A stretch of 64,000 nt of DNA, taken from positions 132,308,001 to 132,372,000 of the forward strand of contig OZ024743.1 in assembly GCA_964016885.1 (NCBI GenBank), in the 5' to 3' direction. Position 1 is the stretch's first letter. Every line of letters begins with the position of its first letter. The DNA comes from Eledone cirrhosa. Its lineage: Eukaryota. The notes under the pieces are model-generated. The model ran no database searches and was not told where the DNA came from. It saw nothing but the letters and a program-made list of their open reading frames with translations. The translations under genes and the position numbers were made by a program. Shown piece after piece: positions 24,001 to 35,700 of the stretch.

Positions 24001-27000
24001 GTGTTTGGTGTTTGGTGTTTGCTGTTTGGTGTCTGCTTTTTGGCGTATGGTGTTTGCTGTATGGTGTTTGCTGTTTCGTATTTGGTTTTTGCTGTTTGGT
24101 GTTTGGTGTTTGCTGTTTGGTGTTTGTTGTTTGGTGTTTGGTGCTTGGTGCTTGGTTCTTGGTGTTTGGCGTTTGGTGATTGGGGCTTGGTGTTTGGTGC
24201 TTGGTGCTTGGTTTTTGGTGTTTGGTGCTTGGTACCTGGTGCTTGTTGTTTGGTGTTTGGTGCTTGGTGCTTGGTGCTTGGTGTTTGGTGCTTGGTGTCT
24301 GGTGTTTGGTGCTTGGTGTTTGGTGTTTGGTGCTTGGTGCTTGGTGTATGGTGTTTGATGCTTGGTACTTGGTGTTTGGTGTTTGGTGCTGGGTGCTTGG
24401 CGTTTGGTGCTTGGTGCTTGGTGCTTAGTGCTTGGTGTTTGGTGTTTGGTGTTTGGTGTTTGATGCTTGGTGTGTGCTGCTTGGTGCTTGGTGCTTGGTG
24501 TTTTGTGTTTGGTGCTTGGTGCTTGGTGCCTGGTTCTTGGTGCTTGGTGCTTGTTGTTTGGTGCTTGGTGCTTGGTGATTAGTGTTTGGTGCTTGGTGCT
24601 TGGGGTTTGGTGCTTGGTGCTTGGTGTTTGGTGTTTGGTGTTTGGTGCTTGGTGTCTGGTGTTTGGTGTTTGGTGTTTGGTGCTTGGTGCTTGGTGTTTG
24701 GGTTTTGGTGCTTGGTGCTTGGTGTTTGGTGTTTGGTGCTTGGTGTTTGGTGTTTGGTGCTTGGTGTTTGGTGCTTGGTGCTTGGTGCTTGGTGTTTGGT
24801 GCTGGGTGCTTGGTGCTTGGTGTTTGGTGTTTGGTGCTTGGTGCTTGGTGTTTGGTGTTTGGTGTTTGATGCTTGGTGTTTGATGATTGTTGCTTGGTGC
24901 TTGGTGTTTTGTGTTTGGTGTTTGGTGCTTGGTGTATGTACTTGGTGCTTGGTGCTTGGTGTTTGGTGCTTGGTTCTTGGTGTTTGGTGATTGGTGCTTG
25001 GTGCTTGGTGTTTGGTGCTTGGTGCTTGGTGTTTGGTAGTTGGTGCTTGGTGTTTGGTGTTTGGTGCTTGGAGTTTGGTGCTTGGTGCTTGGTGCTTGGT
25101 GCTTGGTGTTATGTGTTTGGTGCTTGGTGCTTGGTGTTTGGTGGTGGTGCTTGGTGTTTGGTGCTTGGTGCCTGGTGCTTGGTGTTTGGTGCTTGGTGTT
25201 TGGTGCTTGGTGTTTGGTGCTTGGTGTTTGGTGATTTGTGCTTGGTGCTTAGTGCTTGGTGTTTGGTGCTTGGTGCTTGGTGCTTGGTGTTTGGCGTTTG
25301 CTGTTTGCTGTTTGGTGTTTGGTGTTTGCTGTTTGGTGTTTGGTGCTTGGTGTTTGGTGCTTGGTGCTTGCTGTTTGGTGTTTGGTGTTTGGTTCTTGGT
25401 GCTTGGTGTTTGGTGTTTGGTGCTTGGTGCTTGGTGCTTGGTGTTTGGTGCTTGGTGCCTGGTGCTTGGTGTTTGGTGCTTGGTGCTTGGTGTTAGGTGA
25501 TTGGTGCTTGGTGTTTGGTGCTTGGTGCTTTGTGCTTGGTGCTTGGTGTTAGGCGTTTGGTGCTTGGTGCTTGGTGTTTGATGTTTGGTCCTTGGTGCTT
25601 GGTGTTTGGTATTTGGTGCTTGGTGCTTGGTGTTTGGTGTTTGGTGCTTGCTGCTTGCTGCTTGGTGTTTGGTGCTTGGTGATTGGTGCTTGGTGTTTTG
25701 TGCTTTTTGCTTGGTGTTTGGTGTTTGGTGCTAGGGTCTTGGTGCTTGGTGCTTGGTGTTTGGTGCTTGGTGCTCGGTGTTTGGTGTTTGGTGCTTGGTG
25801 CGTGGGGCTTGGTGTTTGTTGCTTGGTGTTTGGTGCTTGGTGTTTGGTGCTTGCTGTTTGGTGCTTGGTGCTTGGTGTTTTGTGTTTGGTGTTTGGTGCT
25901 TGGTGCTTGGTGTTTGGTGCTTGGTGCTTGGTGCTTGGTGCTTGGTGCTTGGTCTTTGGTGCTTGGTGCTTGGTGATTAGTGTTTGGTGATTGGTGCTTG
26001 GGGTTTGGTGTTTGGTACTTGGTGTTTGGTGCTTGGTGCTTGCTGTTTGGTGTTTGGTTCTTGGTGCTTGGTGTTTGGTGTTTGGTGTTTGGTGCTTGGT
26101 GCTTGGTGCTTGGTGTTTGGTGCTTGGTGCTTGGTGTTTGGTGCTGCGTGCTTGGTGTTTGGTGTTTGGTGCTTGGTGCTTGGTGCCTGTGTTTCGTGCT
26201 TGGTGCTTGGTGCTTGGTGTTTGGTGTTTGGTGCTTGGTGGTTGGTGTTTGGTACTTGGTGCTTGGTGCTTGGTGCTTGGTGTTTGATGCTGCGTGCCTG
26301 GTGTTTGGTGTTTGGTGCTTGGTGCTTGGTGTTTGGTGTTTCGTGCTTGGTGCCTGGTGCTTGTTGTTTGGTGTTTGCTGCTTGGTGCTTGGTGTTTGGT
26401 GTTTGGTGCTTGGTGCTTGGTATCTGGTGTTTGGTGCTTGGTGTTTGGTGCTTGGTGCTTGGTGCTTGGTGTTTGGTGTTTGGTGCTTCGTGCTTGGTGT
26501 TTGGTGCTTGGTGTTTGGTGTTTGGTGTTTGATGCTTGGTGTTTGCTGCTTGGTGCTTGGTGCTTGGTGTTTTGTGTTTGGTGCTGGGTGCTTGGTGCCT
26601 GGTGCTTGGTGCTTGGTGCTTGTTGTTTGGTGCTTGGTGCTTGGTGATTAGTGTTTGGTGCTTGGTGCTTGCGGTTTGGTGTTTTGTGCTTGGGGTTTGG
26701 TGTTTGGTGCTTGGTGCTTGGTGTTTGGTGCTTGGTGCTTGGTGCTTGGTGCTTGGTGTTAGGTGTTTGCTGCTTGGTGCTTGGTGTTTGATGTTTGGTG
26801 CTTGGTGCTTGGTGTTTGGTGTTTGGTGCTTGGTGCTTGGTGTTTGATGTTTGGTCCTTGGTGCTTGTTGGTTGGTGTTTGGTGCTTGGTGCTTGTTGGT
26901 TGGTGTTTGGTGTTTGGAGTTTGGTGCTTGGTGTTTGGTGCTTCGGTCTTGGTGCTTGGTGTTTGGTGCTTGGTGCTTGGTGTTTGGTGCTTGGTGCCTG

Positions 27001-28800
27001 GTGCTTGGTGTTTGGTGCTTGGTGCTTGGTGTTTGGTGCTTATTGTTTGGTGCTTGGTGCTTGGTGCTTGGTGCTAGGTGTTTGGTGCTTGGTGCTTGGT
27101 GTTTGATGTTTGGTGCTTGGTGTTTGGTGCTTGGTGCTTGGTTTTGGTGTTTGGTGCTTGCTGCTTGCTGCTTGGTGTTTGGTGCTTGGTGATTGGTGCT
27201 TGGTGTTTTGTGCTTGGTGCTTGGTGTTTGGTGTTTCTGGCTAGGGGCTTCGTGCTTGGTGCTTGGTGTTTGGTACTTGGTGCTTGCTGTTTGGTGTTTG
27301 GTGCTTGGTGCGTGGGACTTAGTGTTTGGTGTTTGGTGCTTGGTGTTTGGTGCTTGGTGTTTGGGGCTTAGTGTTCGGTGCTTGGTGCTTGGTGCTTGGT
27401 GCTTGGTGTTTGATGTTGGGTCCTTAGTGCTTCGTGCTTGGTGTTTGGTGCTTGGTGTTTGGTGTTTGGTGCTTGCTGCTTGCTGCTTGTTGTTTCGTTC
27501 TTTGTGATTGGTGCTTGGTGCTTGGTGTTTGGTGCTTGGTGCTTGGTGTTTGGTGTTTGGTGTTTGGTGCTTGGGGCTTGGTGTTTTGTGCTTAGTGCTT
27601 GGTGCTTGGTGTTTGGTGTTTGGTGTTTGGTGCTTGCTGTTTGGTGTTTGGTGTTTGGTGTTTGGTGCTTGGTGCTTGGTGTTTGGTGTTTGGTGCTTGG
27701 TACCTGGTGCTTGTTGTTTGGTGTTTGGTGCTTGGTGCTTGGTGCTTGGTGTTTGGTGCTTGGTGTCTGGTGTTTGGTGCTAGGTGCTTGGTGCTTGGTG
27801 TTTGGTGTTTGGTGCTGGGTGCTTGGAGTTTGGTGCTTGGTGCTTGGTGCTTAGTGCTTGGTGTTTGGTGTTTGGTGCTTGGTGTTTGGTGTTTGGTGTT
27901 TGATGCTTGGTGTGTGCTGCTTGGTGCTTGGTGCTTGGTGTTTTGTGTTTGGTGCTTGGTGCTTGGTGCCTGGTTCTTGGTGCTTGGTGCTTGTTGTCTG
28001 GTGCTTGGTGCTTGGTGATTAGTGTTTGGTGCTTGGTGCTTGGGGTTTGCTGTTTGATGCTTGGTGCTTGGTGTCTGGTGTTTGGTGTTTGGTGTTTGGT
28101 GCTTGGTGCTTGGTGTTTGGGTTTTGGTGCTTGGTGCTTGGTGTTTGGTGTTTGGTGCTTGGTGTTTGGTGTTTGGTGCTTGGTGTTTGGTGCTTGGTGC
28201 TTGGTGCTTGGTGTTTGGTGCTGGGTGCTTGGTGTTTGGTGTTTGGTGATTGGTGCTTGGTGTTTGGTGTTTGATGCTTGGTGTTTGATGCTTGTTGCTT
28301 GGTGCTTGGTGTTTTGTGTTTGGTGTTTGGTGCTTGGTGTATGTAGTTGGTGCTTGGTGCTTGGTGTTTGGTGCTTGCTGTTTGGTGTTTAGTGATTGGT
28401 GCTTGGTGCTTGGTGTTTGGTGCTTGGTGCTTGGTGTTTGGTACTTGGTGCTTGGTGTTTGGTGTTTGGTGCTTGGTGTTTGGTGCTTGGTGCTTGGTGC
28501 TTGGTGCTTGGTGTTATGTGTTTGGTGCTTGGTGCTTGGTGTTTGGTGCTTGGTGCTTGGTGTTTGGTGCCTGGTGCTTGGTGCTTGGTGTTTGGTGCTT
28601 GGTGTTTGGTGCTTGGTGTTTGGTGCTTGGTGTTCGGTGCTTTTTGCTTGGTGCTTGGTGCTTGGTGTTTGGTGTTTGGTGCTTGGTGCTTGGTGTTTGA
28701 TGTTTGGTCCTTGGTGCTTGGTGTTTGGTGATTTGTGCTTGGTGCTTGGTGCTTGGTGTTTGGTGCTTGGTGCTTGGTGCTTGGTGTTTGGCGTTTGCTG
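21070..28800 (+). repeat. More diverged, mosaic satellite segment embedded in the left domain
   Basis: Internal matches are short with inconsistent offsets (21329/26294 = 4965; 21749/27078 = 5329; 24467/27907 = 3440; 22444/28396 = 5952). It has many private variants and nine frame-shifting monomer irregularities. Confidence 0.65.
21080..21285 (+). repeat. 97-bp tandem duplication (14 monomers, one of them 6 bp)
   Basis: The rare monomer TTCATAC is at 21097 and 21194, each followed by CCTGTGTTTCGTGC and TTGGTGGTTGG. Confidence 0.9.
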
Positions 28801-28849
28801 TTTGCTGTTTGGTGTTTGGTGTTTGCTGTTTGGTGTTTGGTGCTTGGTG

Positions 28850-31700
28850 TTTGGTGCTTGGTGCTTGGTGCTGGGTGGTTGGTGTTTGGTGCTTGGTGCT
28901 TGGTGTTTGGTGCTTGGTGCTTAGTGCTTGTTGTTTGGTGCTTGGTGCTTGGTGCTTGGTCTTTGGTTCTTGGTGTTTGGTGTTTGGTGCTTGGTGCTTG
29001 GTGTTTGGTGCTTGGTGCTTGGTGCTGGGTGGTTGGTGTTTGGTGCTTGGTGCTTGGTGTTTGGTGCTTGGTGCTTGGTGCTTGGTGTTTGGTGCTTGGT
29101 GCTTGGTGCTTGTTGTTTGGTGCTTGGTGCTTGGTGCTTGGTCTTTGGTTCTTGGTGTTTGGTGTTTGGTGCTTGGTGCTTGGTGTTTGGTGCTTCGTGC
29201 TTGGTGCTTGGTGTTTGGTGCTTGGTGCTTGGTGATTAGTGTTTGTTGCTTGGTGCTTGGGGTTTGGTGGTTGGTGCTTGGTGCTTGGTGTTTGGTGTTT
29301 GGTGTTTGGTGTTTGGTGTTTGCTGTTTGGTGTCTGCTTTTTGGTGTTTGGTGTTTGCTGTATGGTCTTTGCTGTTTGGTGTTTGGTGTTTGCTGTTTGG
29401 TGTTTGGTGCTTGGTGTTTGGTGTTTGGTGCTTGGTGCTTGGTGTTTGGCGTTTGGTGCTTGGTACTGGGTGTTTGGTGCTTGGTGCTTGGTGTTTGGTG
29501 CTTGGTGCTTGGTGCTTGGTGTTTGGTCCTTGGTGCTTGGTGCTTGGTCTTTGATGCTTGGTGTCTGGTGTTTGGTGCTTGGTGCTTGGTGTTTGATGCT
29601 TGGTGCTTGGTGCTTGGTGTTTGCTGTTTGGTGTTTGGTGTTTGGTGCTTGCTGTTTGGTGCTTGGTGCTTGGTGTTTGGTGGTTGGTGTTTGGTGCTTG
29701 GTGATTAGTGTTTGGTGATTGGTGCTTGGGGTTTGGTGTTTGGTGCTTGGTGATTGGTGTTTGGTGCTTGGTGCTTGGTGCTTGGTGTTTGGTGCTTGTT
29801 GCTTGGCGTTTGGTGCTTGGTGCTTGGTGTTTGGTGCTTGGTGTTTGGTACTTGGTGCTTGGTGCTTGGTGCTTGGTGTTAGGTGTTTGGTGCTTGGTGC
29901 TTGGTGTTTGATGTTTGGTCCTTGGTGCTTGGTGTTTGGTGTTTGGTGCTTGGTGCTTGGTGTTTGGTGTTTGGTGCTTGCTGCTTGGTGCCTGGTGTTT
30001 TGTGTTTGGAGTTTGGTGCTTGGTGCTTGGTGTTTGATGTTTGCTGCTTGGTGCTTGGTGTTTGGTGTTTGGTGCTTGCTGCTTGGTGTTTGGTGTTTGG
30101 TGCTTGCTGCTTGCTGCTTGCTGCTTGGTGTTTGGTGCTTGGTGATTGGTGCTTGGTGTTTTGTGCTTGGTGCTTGGTGTTTGGTGTTTGGTGCTAGGGG
30201 CTTGGTTCTTGGTGCTTGGTGTTTGGTGCTTGGTGCTTGCTGTTTGGTGTTTGGTGCTTGGTGCGTGGGACTTCGTGTTTGGTGTTTGGTGCTTGGTGTT
30301 TGGTGCTTGGTGTTTGGGGCTTGGTGTTCGGTGCTTGGTGCTTCGTGCTTCGTGCTTGGTGTTTGGTGTTTGGTTCTTGGTGCTTGGTGTTTGATGTTGG
30401 GTCCTTGGTGCTTGGTGTTTGCTGTTTGGTGCTTGGTGTTTGGTGTTTGGTGCTTGCTGCTTGCTGCTTGTTGTTTCGTTCTTTGTGATTGGTGCTTGCT
30501 GCTTGGTGTTTGGTGCTTGGTGCTTGGTGTTTGGTGTTTGGTGCTTGGTGCTTGGGGCTTGGTGTTTGGTGCTTGGTGCTTGGTGCTTGGTGTTTGGTGT
30601 TTGGTGTTTGGTGCTTGGTGTTTGGAGCTTGGTGCTTGGTGCTGGGTGGTTGGTGTTTGGTGCTTGGTGCTTGTTGTTTGGTGCTTGGTGCTTGGTGCTT
30701 GTTGTTTGGTGCTTGGTGCTTGGTGCTTGGTCTTTGGTTCTTGGTGTTTGGTGTTTGGTGCTTGGTGCTTGGTGTTTGGTGCTTGGTGCTTGGTGCTTGG
30801 TGTTTGGTGCTTGGTGCTTGGTGATTAGTGTTTGTTGCTTGGTGCTTGGGGTTTGGTGGTTGGTGCTTGGTGCTTGGTGTTTGGTGTTTGGTGTTTGGTG
30901 TTTGGTGTTTGCTGTTTGGTGTCTGCTTTTTGGTGTTTGGTGTTTGCTGTATGGTCTTTGCTGTTTCGTATTTGGTTTTTGCTGTTTGGTGTTTGGTGTT
31001 TGCTGTTTGGTGTTTGGTGTTTGGTGTTTGGTGCTTGGTGCTTGGTGCCTGGTGTTTGGCGTTTGGTGCTTGGTGCTTGGTGCTTGGTGCTTGGTGTTTG
31101 GTGCTTGGTGCTTAGTGTTTGGTGTTTGGTGCTTGGTGCTTGGGGCATGGTGTTTGGTGCTTGGTGTTTGGTGCATGGTGCTTGGTGTTTGGTGTTTGGT
31201 GTTTGGTGCTTGGTGTCTGGTGTTTGGTGTTTTGTGTTTGGTGCTTGGTGCTAGGTGTTTGGGTTTTGGTGCTTGGTTCTTGGTGTTTGGTGTTTGGTGT
31301 TTGGTGTTTGGTGCTTGATGTTTGGTGCTGGGTGCTTGGTGCTTGGTGTTTGGTGCTGGGTGCTTCGTGTTTGGTGCTTGGTGCTTGGTGCTTGGTGCTT
31401 GGTGTTTGGTGTTTGGTGCTTGGTGCTTGGTGTTTGGTGTTTGATGCTTGGTGTTTGATGCTTGTTGCTTGGTGCTTGTTGTTTTGTGTTTGGTGTTTGG
31501 TGCTTGGTGTATGTACTTGGTGCTTGGTGCTTGGTGTTTGGTGTTGGTTCTTGGTGTTTGGTGAATGGTGCTTGGTGCTTGGTGTTTGGTGCTTGGTGCT
31601 TGGTGTTTGGTACTTGGTGCTTGGTGTTTGGTGTTTGGTGCTTGGTGTTTGGTGCTTGGTGCTTGGTGCTTGGTGTTAAGTGTTTGGTGCTTGCTGTTTG
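28850..31700 (+). repeat. Dispersed copy of the block at the window start (1-2.9 kb) and of 19.1-21.0 kb
   Basis: 29243..29554 = 53..364; 31255..31458 = 2458..2661 (offset 28797); 31119..31679 is near-identical to 2322..2882; 30146..30394 = 20432..20680. Confidence 0.85.
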
Positions 31701-32700
31701 GTGTTTCGTGCTTGGTGCTTGGTGCTTGGTGCTTGGTGCTTGGTCTTTGGTTCTTGGTGTTTGGTGTTTGGTGCTTGGTGCTTGGTGTTTGGTGCTTGGT
31801 GCTTGGTGCTTGGTGTTTGGTGCTTGGTGCTTGGTGATTAGTGTTTGTTGCTTGGTGCTTGGGGTTTGGTGGTTGGTGCTTGGTGCTTGGTGTTTGGTGT
31901 TTGGTGTTTGGTGTTTGGTGTTTGCTGTTTGGTGTCTGCTTTTTGGTGTTTGGTGTTTGCTGTATGGTCTTTGCTGTTTCGTATTTGGTTTTTGCTGTTT
32001 GGTGTTTGGTGTTTGCTGTTTGGTGTTTGGTGTTTGGTGTTTGGTGCTTGGTGCTTGGTGCCTGGTGTTTGGCGTTTGGTGCTTGGTGCTTGGTGTTTGG
32101 TGTTTGGTGCTAGGTGCTTGGTGCTTGGTGCTTGGTGTTTGGTGCTTGGTGCTTAGTGTTTGGTGTTTGGTGCTTGGTGCTTGGGGCATGGTGTTTGGTG
32201 CTTGGTGTTTGGTGCATGGTGCTTGGTGTTTGGTGTTTGGTGTTTGGTGCTTGGTGTCTGGTGTTTGGTGTTTTGTGTTTGGTGCTTGGTGCTAGGTGTT
32301 TGGGGGTTTTGGTGCTTGGTTCTTGGTGTTTGGTGTTTGGTGTTTGGTGTTTGGTGCTTGGTGTTTGGTGCTGGGTGCTTCGTGTTTGGTGCTTGGTGCT
32401 TGGTGCTTGGTGCTTGGTGTTTGGTGTTTGGTGCTTGGTGCTTGGTGTTTGGTGTTTGATGCTTGGTGTTTGATGCTTGTTGCTTGGTGCTTGTTGTTTT
32501 GTGTTTGGTGTTTGGTGCTTGGTGTATGTACTTGGTGCTTGGTGCTTGGTGATTGGTGTTGGTTCTTGGTGTTTGGTGATTGGTGCTTGGTGCTTGGTGT
32601 TTGGTGCTTGGTGCTTGGTGTTTGGTACTTGGTGCTTGGTGTTTGGTGTTTGGTGCTTGGTGCTTGGTGTTAAGTGTTTGGTGCTTGGTGTTTGGTGTTT
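30720..32700 (+). repeat. ~1.0-kb tandem duplication
   Basis: 30828/31841 (1013) and 31119/32160 (1041) share the same ordered markers: GATTAGTG, CTGCTTTTT, GGGGCATGG, GTATGTAC, GTTAAGTG. Confidence 0.8.
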
Positions 32701-35700
32701 GGTGCTTGGTGCTTGGTGCTTGGTGTTTGGTGCATGGTGCTTGGTGTTTGGTGCTTGGTGCCTGGTGCTTGGTGTTTGGTGCTTGGTGCTTAGTGTTTGG
32801 TGCTTGGTGTTTGGTGCTTGGTGTTCGGTGCTTGGTCCTTGGTGCTTGGTGCTTGGTGGTTGGTGTTTGGTGCTTGGTGCTTGGTGTTTGATGTTTGGTC
32901 CTTGGTGCTTGGTGTTTGGTGCTTGGTGCTTGGTGTTTGGTGTTTGGTGCTTGCTGCTTGCTGCTTGGTGTTTGGTGCTTGGTGATTGGTGCTTGGTGTT
33001 TGGTGCTTGGTGCTTGGTATTTGGTGTTTGGTGCTAGGTGCTTGGTGCTTGGTGCTTGGTGATTGGTGCTTGGGGTTTGGTGTTTGGTGCTTGGTGCTTG
33101 GTGTTTGGTGCTTGGTGCTTGGTGCTTGGTGTTTGGTGCTTGTTGCTTGGAATTTGGTGCTTGGTGCTTGGTGTTTGGTGCTTGGTGTTTGGTACTTGGT
33201 GCTTGGTGCTTGGTCCTTGGTGTTAGGTGTTTGGTGCTTGGTGCTTGGTGTTTGATGTTTGGTCCTTGGTGCTTGGTGTTTGGTGTTTGGTGCTTGGTGC
33301 TTGGTGTTTGGTGTTTGGTGCTTGCTGCTTGGTGCTTGGTGTTTTGTGTTTGAAGTTTGGTGCTTGGTGTTTGGTGCTTTGGTCTTGGTGCTTGGTGTTT
33401 GGTGCTTGGTGCTTGGTGTTTGGTGCTTGGTGCCTGGTGTTTGGTGTTTGGTGCTTGGTGCTTGGTGTTTGGTGATTGGTGCTTGTTGTTTGGTGCTTGG
33501 TGCTTGGTGCTTGGTGCTTGGTGTTAAGTGTTTGGTGCTTGGTGCTTGGTGTTTGATGTTTGGTGCTTGGTGCTTGGTGTTTGGTGTTTGGTGCTTGCTG
33601 CTTGGTGTTTGGTGTTTGGTGCTTGCTGCTTGCTGCTTGGTGTTTGGTGCTTGGTGAATGGTGCTTGGTGTTTTGTGCTTGGTGCTTGGTGTTTGGTGTT
33701 TGGTGCTAGGGGCTTGGTGCTTGCTGTTTGGTGTTTGGTGCTTGGTGCGTGGGACTTCGTGTTTGGTGTTTGGTGCTTGGTGTTTGGTGCTTGGTGTTTG
33801 GGGCTTGGTGTTTGGTGCTTGGTGTTCGGTGCTTGGTCCTTGGTGCTTGGTGCTTGGTGGTTGGTGTTTGGTGCTTGGTGCTTGGTGTTTGATGTTGGGT
33901 CCCTGGTGCTTGGTGTTTGGTGTTTGGTGCTTGGTGTTTGGTGTTTCGTTTTTGTGATTGGTGCTTGGTGCTTGGTGTTTGGTGCTTGGTGCTTGGTGTT
34001 TGGTGTTTGGTGCTTGGTGCTTGGGGCTTGGTGTTTGGTGCTTGGTGCTTGGTGCTTGGTGTTTGGTGTTTGGTGTTTGGTGCTTGGTGTTTGGTGCTTG
34101 ATGCTTGGTGCTGGGTGGTTGGTGTTTGGTGCTTGGTGCTTGGTGTTTGGTGCTTGGTGCTTAGTGCTTGTTGTTTGGTGCTTGGTGCTTGGTGCTTGGT
34201 CTTTGGTTCTTGGTGTTTGGTGTTTGGTGCTTGGTGCTTGGTGTTTGGTGCTTGGTGCTTGGTGCTTGGTGTTTGGTGCTTGGTGCTTGGTGCTTGTTGT
34301 TTGGTGCTTGGTGCTTGGTCTTTGGTTCTTGGTGTTTGGTGTTTGGTGCTTGGTGCTTGGTGTTTGGTGCTTGGTGCTTGGTGCTTGGTGTTTGGTGCTT
34401 GGTGCTTGGTGATTAGTGTTTGTTGCTTGGTGCTTGGGGTTTGGTGGTTGGTGCTTGGTGCTTGGTGTTTGGTGCTTGGTGCTTGGTATTTGGTGTTTGG
34501 TGCTTGGTGCTTGGGGCATGGTGTTTGGTGCTTGGTGCTTGGTGCTTGGTGTTTGGTGCTTGGTGCTTGGTGTTTGGTGTTTGGTGTTTGGTGCTTGGTG
34601 CTTGGTGCTTGGTCTTTGGTTCTTGGTGTTTGGTGTTTGGTGCTTGGTGCTTGGTGTTTGGTGCTTGGTGCTTGGTGCTTGGTGTTTGGTGCTTCATACT
34701 TGGTGCTTGGTGTTTGGTGCATGGTGCTTCGTGTTTGGTGCTTGGTGCCTGGTGCTTGTTGTTTGGTGCTTGGTGTTTGGTGCTTGGTGTTTGGTGCTTG
34801 GTGTTCGGTGCTTTGTGCTTGGTGCTTGGTGCTTGGTGTTTGGTGTTTGGTGCTTGGTGCTTGGTGTTTGCTGTTTGGTGTTTGGTGTTTGGTGCTTGCT
34901 GTTTGGTGCTTGGTGCTTGGTGTTTGGTGCTTGGTGTTTGGTGCTTGGTGATTAGTGTTTGGTGATTGGTGCTTGGGGTTTGGTGTTTGGTGCTTGGTGT
35001 TTGGTGCTTGGGGCTTGCTGTTTGGTGTTTGGTGTTTGGTTCTTGGTGCTTGGTGTTTGGTGTCTGGTGTTTGGTGCTTGGTGCTTGGTGCTTGGTGTTT
35101 GGTGCTTGGTGCTTGGTGCTTGGTGTTTGGTGCTGCGTGCTTGGTTTTTCGCGTTTGGTGCTTGGTGCCTGGTGCTTGTTGTTTGGTGTTTGCTGCATAG
35201 TGCTTGGTGTTTGGTGTTTGGTGCTTGGTGCTTGGTGTTTGGTGTTTTGTGCTTGGTGCTTGGTGCCTGGTGTTTCGTGCTTGGTGCTTGGTGCTTGGTG
35301 TTTGGTGTTTGGTGCTTGGCGTTTGGTGTTTGGTACTTGGTGCTTGGTGCTTGGTGCTTGGTGTTTGGTGCTTGGTGCTTGGTGCTTGGTGTTTGATGCT
35401 GCGTGCTTGGTGTTTGGTGTTTGGTGCTTGGTGCTTGGTGTTTTGTGTTTGGTGCTTGGTGCCTGGTGCTTGTTGTTTCGGGTTTGGTGCTTGGTGCTTC
35501 GTGTATGGTGTTTGGTGCTTGGTGCTTGGTATCTGGTGTTTGGTGCTTGGTGATTGGTGTTTGGTGCTTGGTGCTTGGTGCTTGGTGTTTGGTGTTTGGT
35601 GCTTGGTGCTTGGTGTTTGGTGCTTGGTGTTTGGTGTTTGGTGTTTGATGCTTGGTGTTTGCTGCTTGGTGCTTGGTGCTTGGTGCTTGGTGTTTTGTGT

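Larger units (their letters stand above)
1..34500 (+). repeat. Left satellite sub-domain (variant family L)
   Basis: Diagnostic clusters are confined to this side. TGTCTGCTTTTTGG...GCTGTATGG occurs at ~141, 2088, 3676, 7589, 9822, 11426, 13568, 19547, 29331, 30920 and 31933, with variants at ~17461 and 24030. GTTTCGTTCTTTGTGATT occurs from ~1458 to ~30473. GCGTGGGACT occurs from ~1247 to a last copy at ~35901. The boundary is gradual. Confidence 0.8.
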
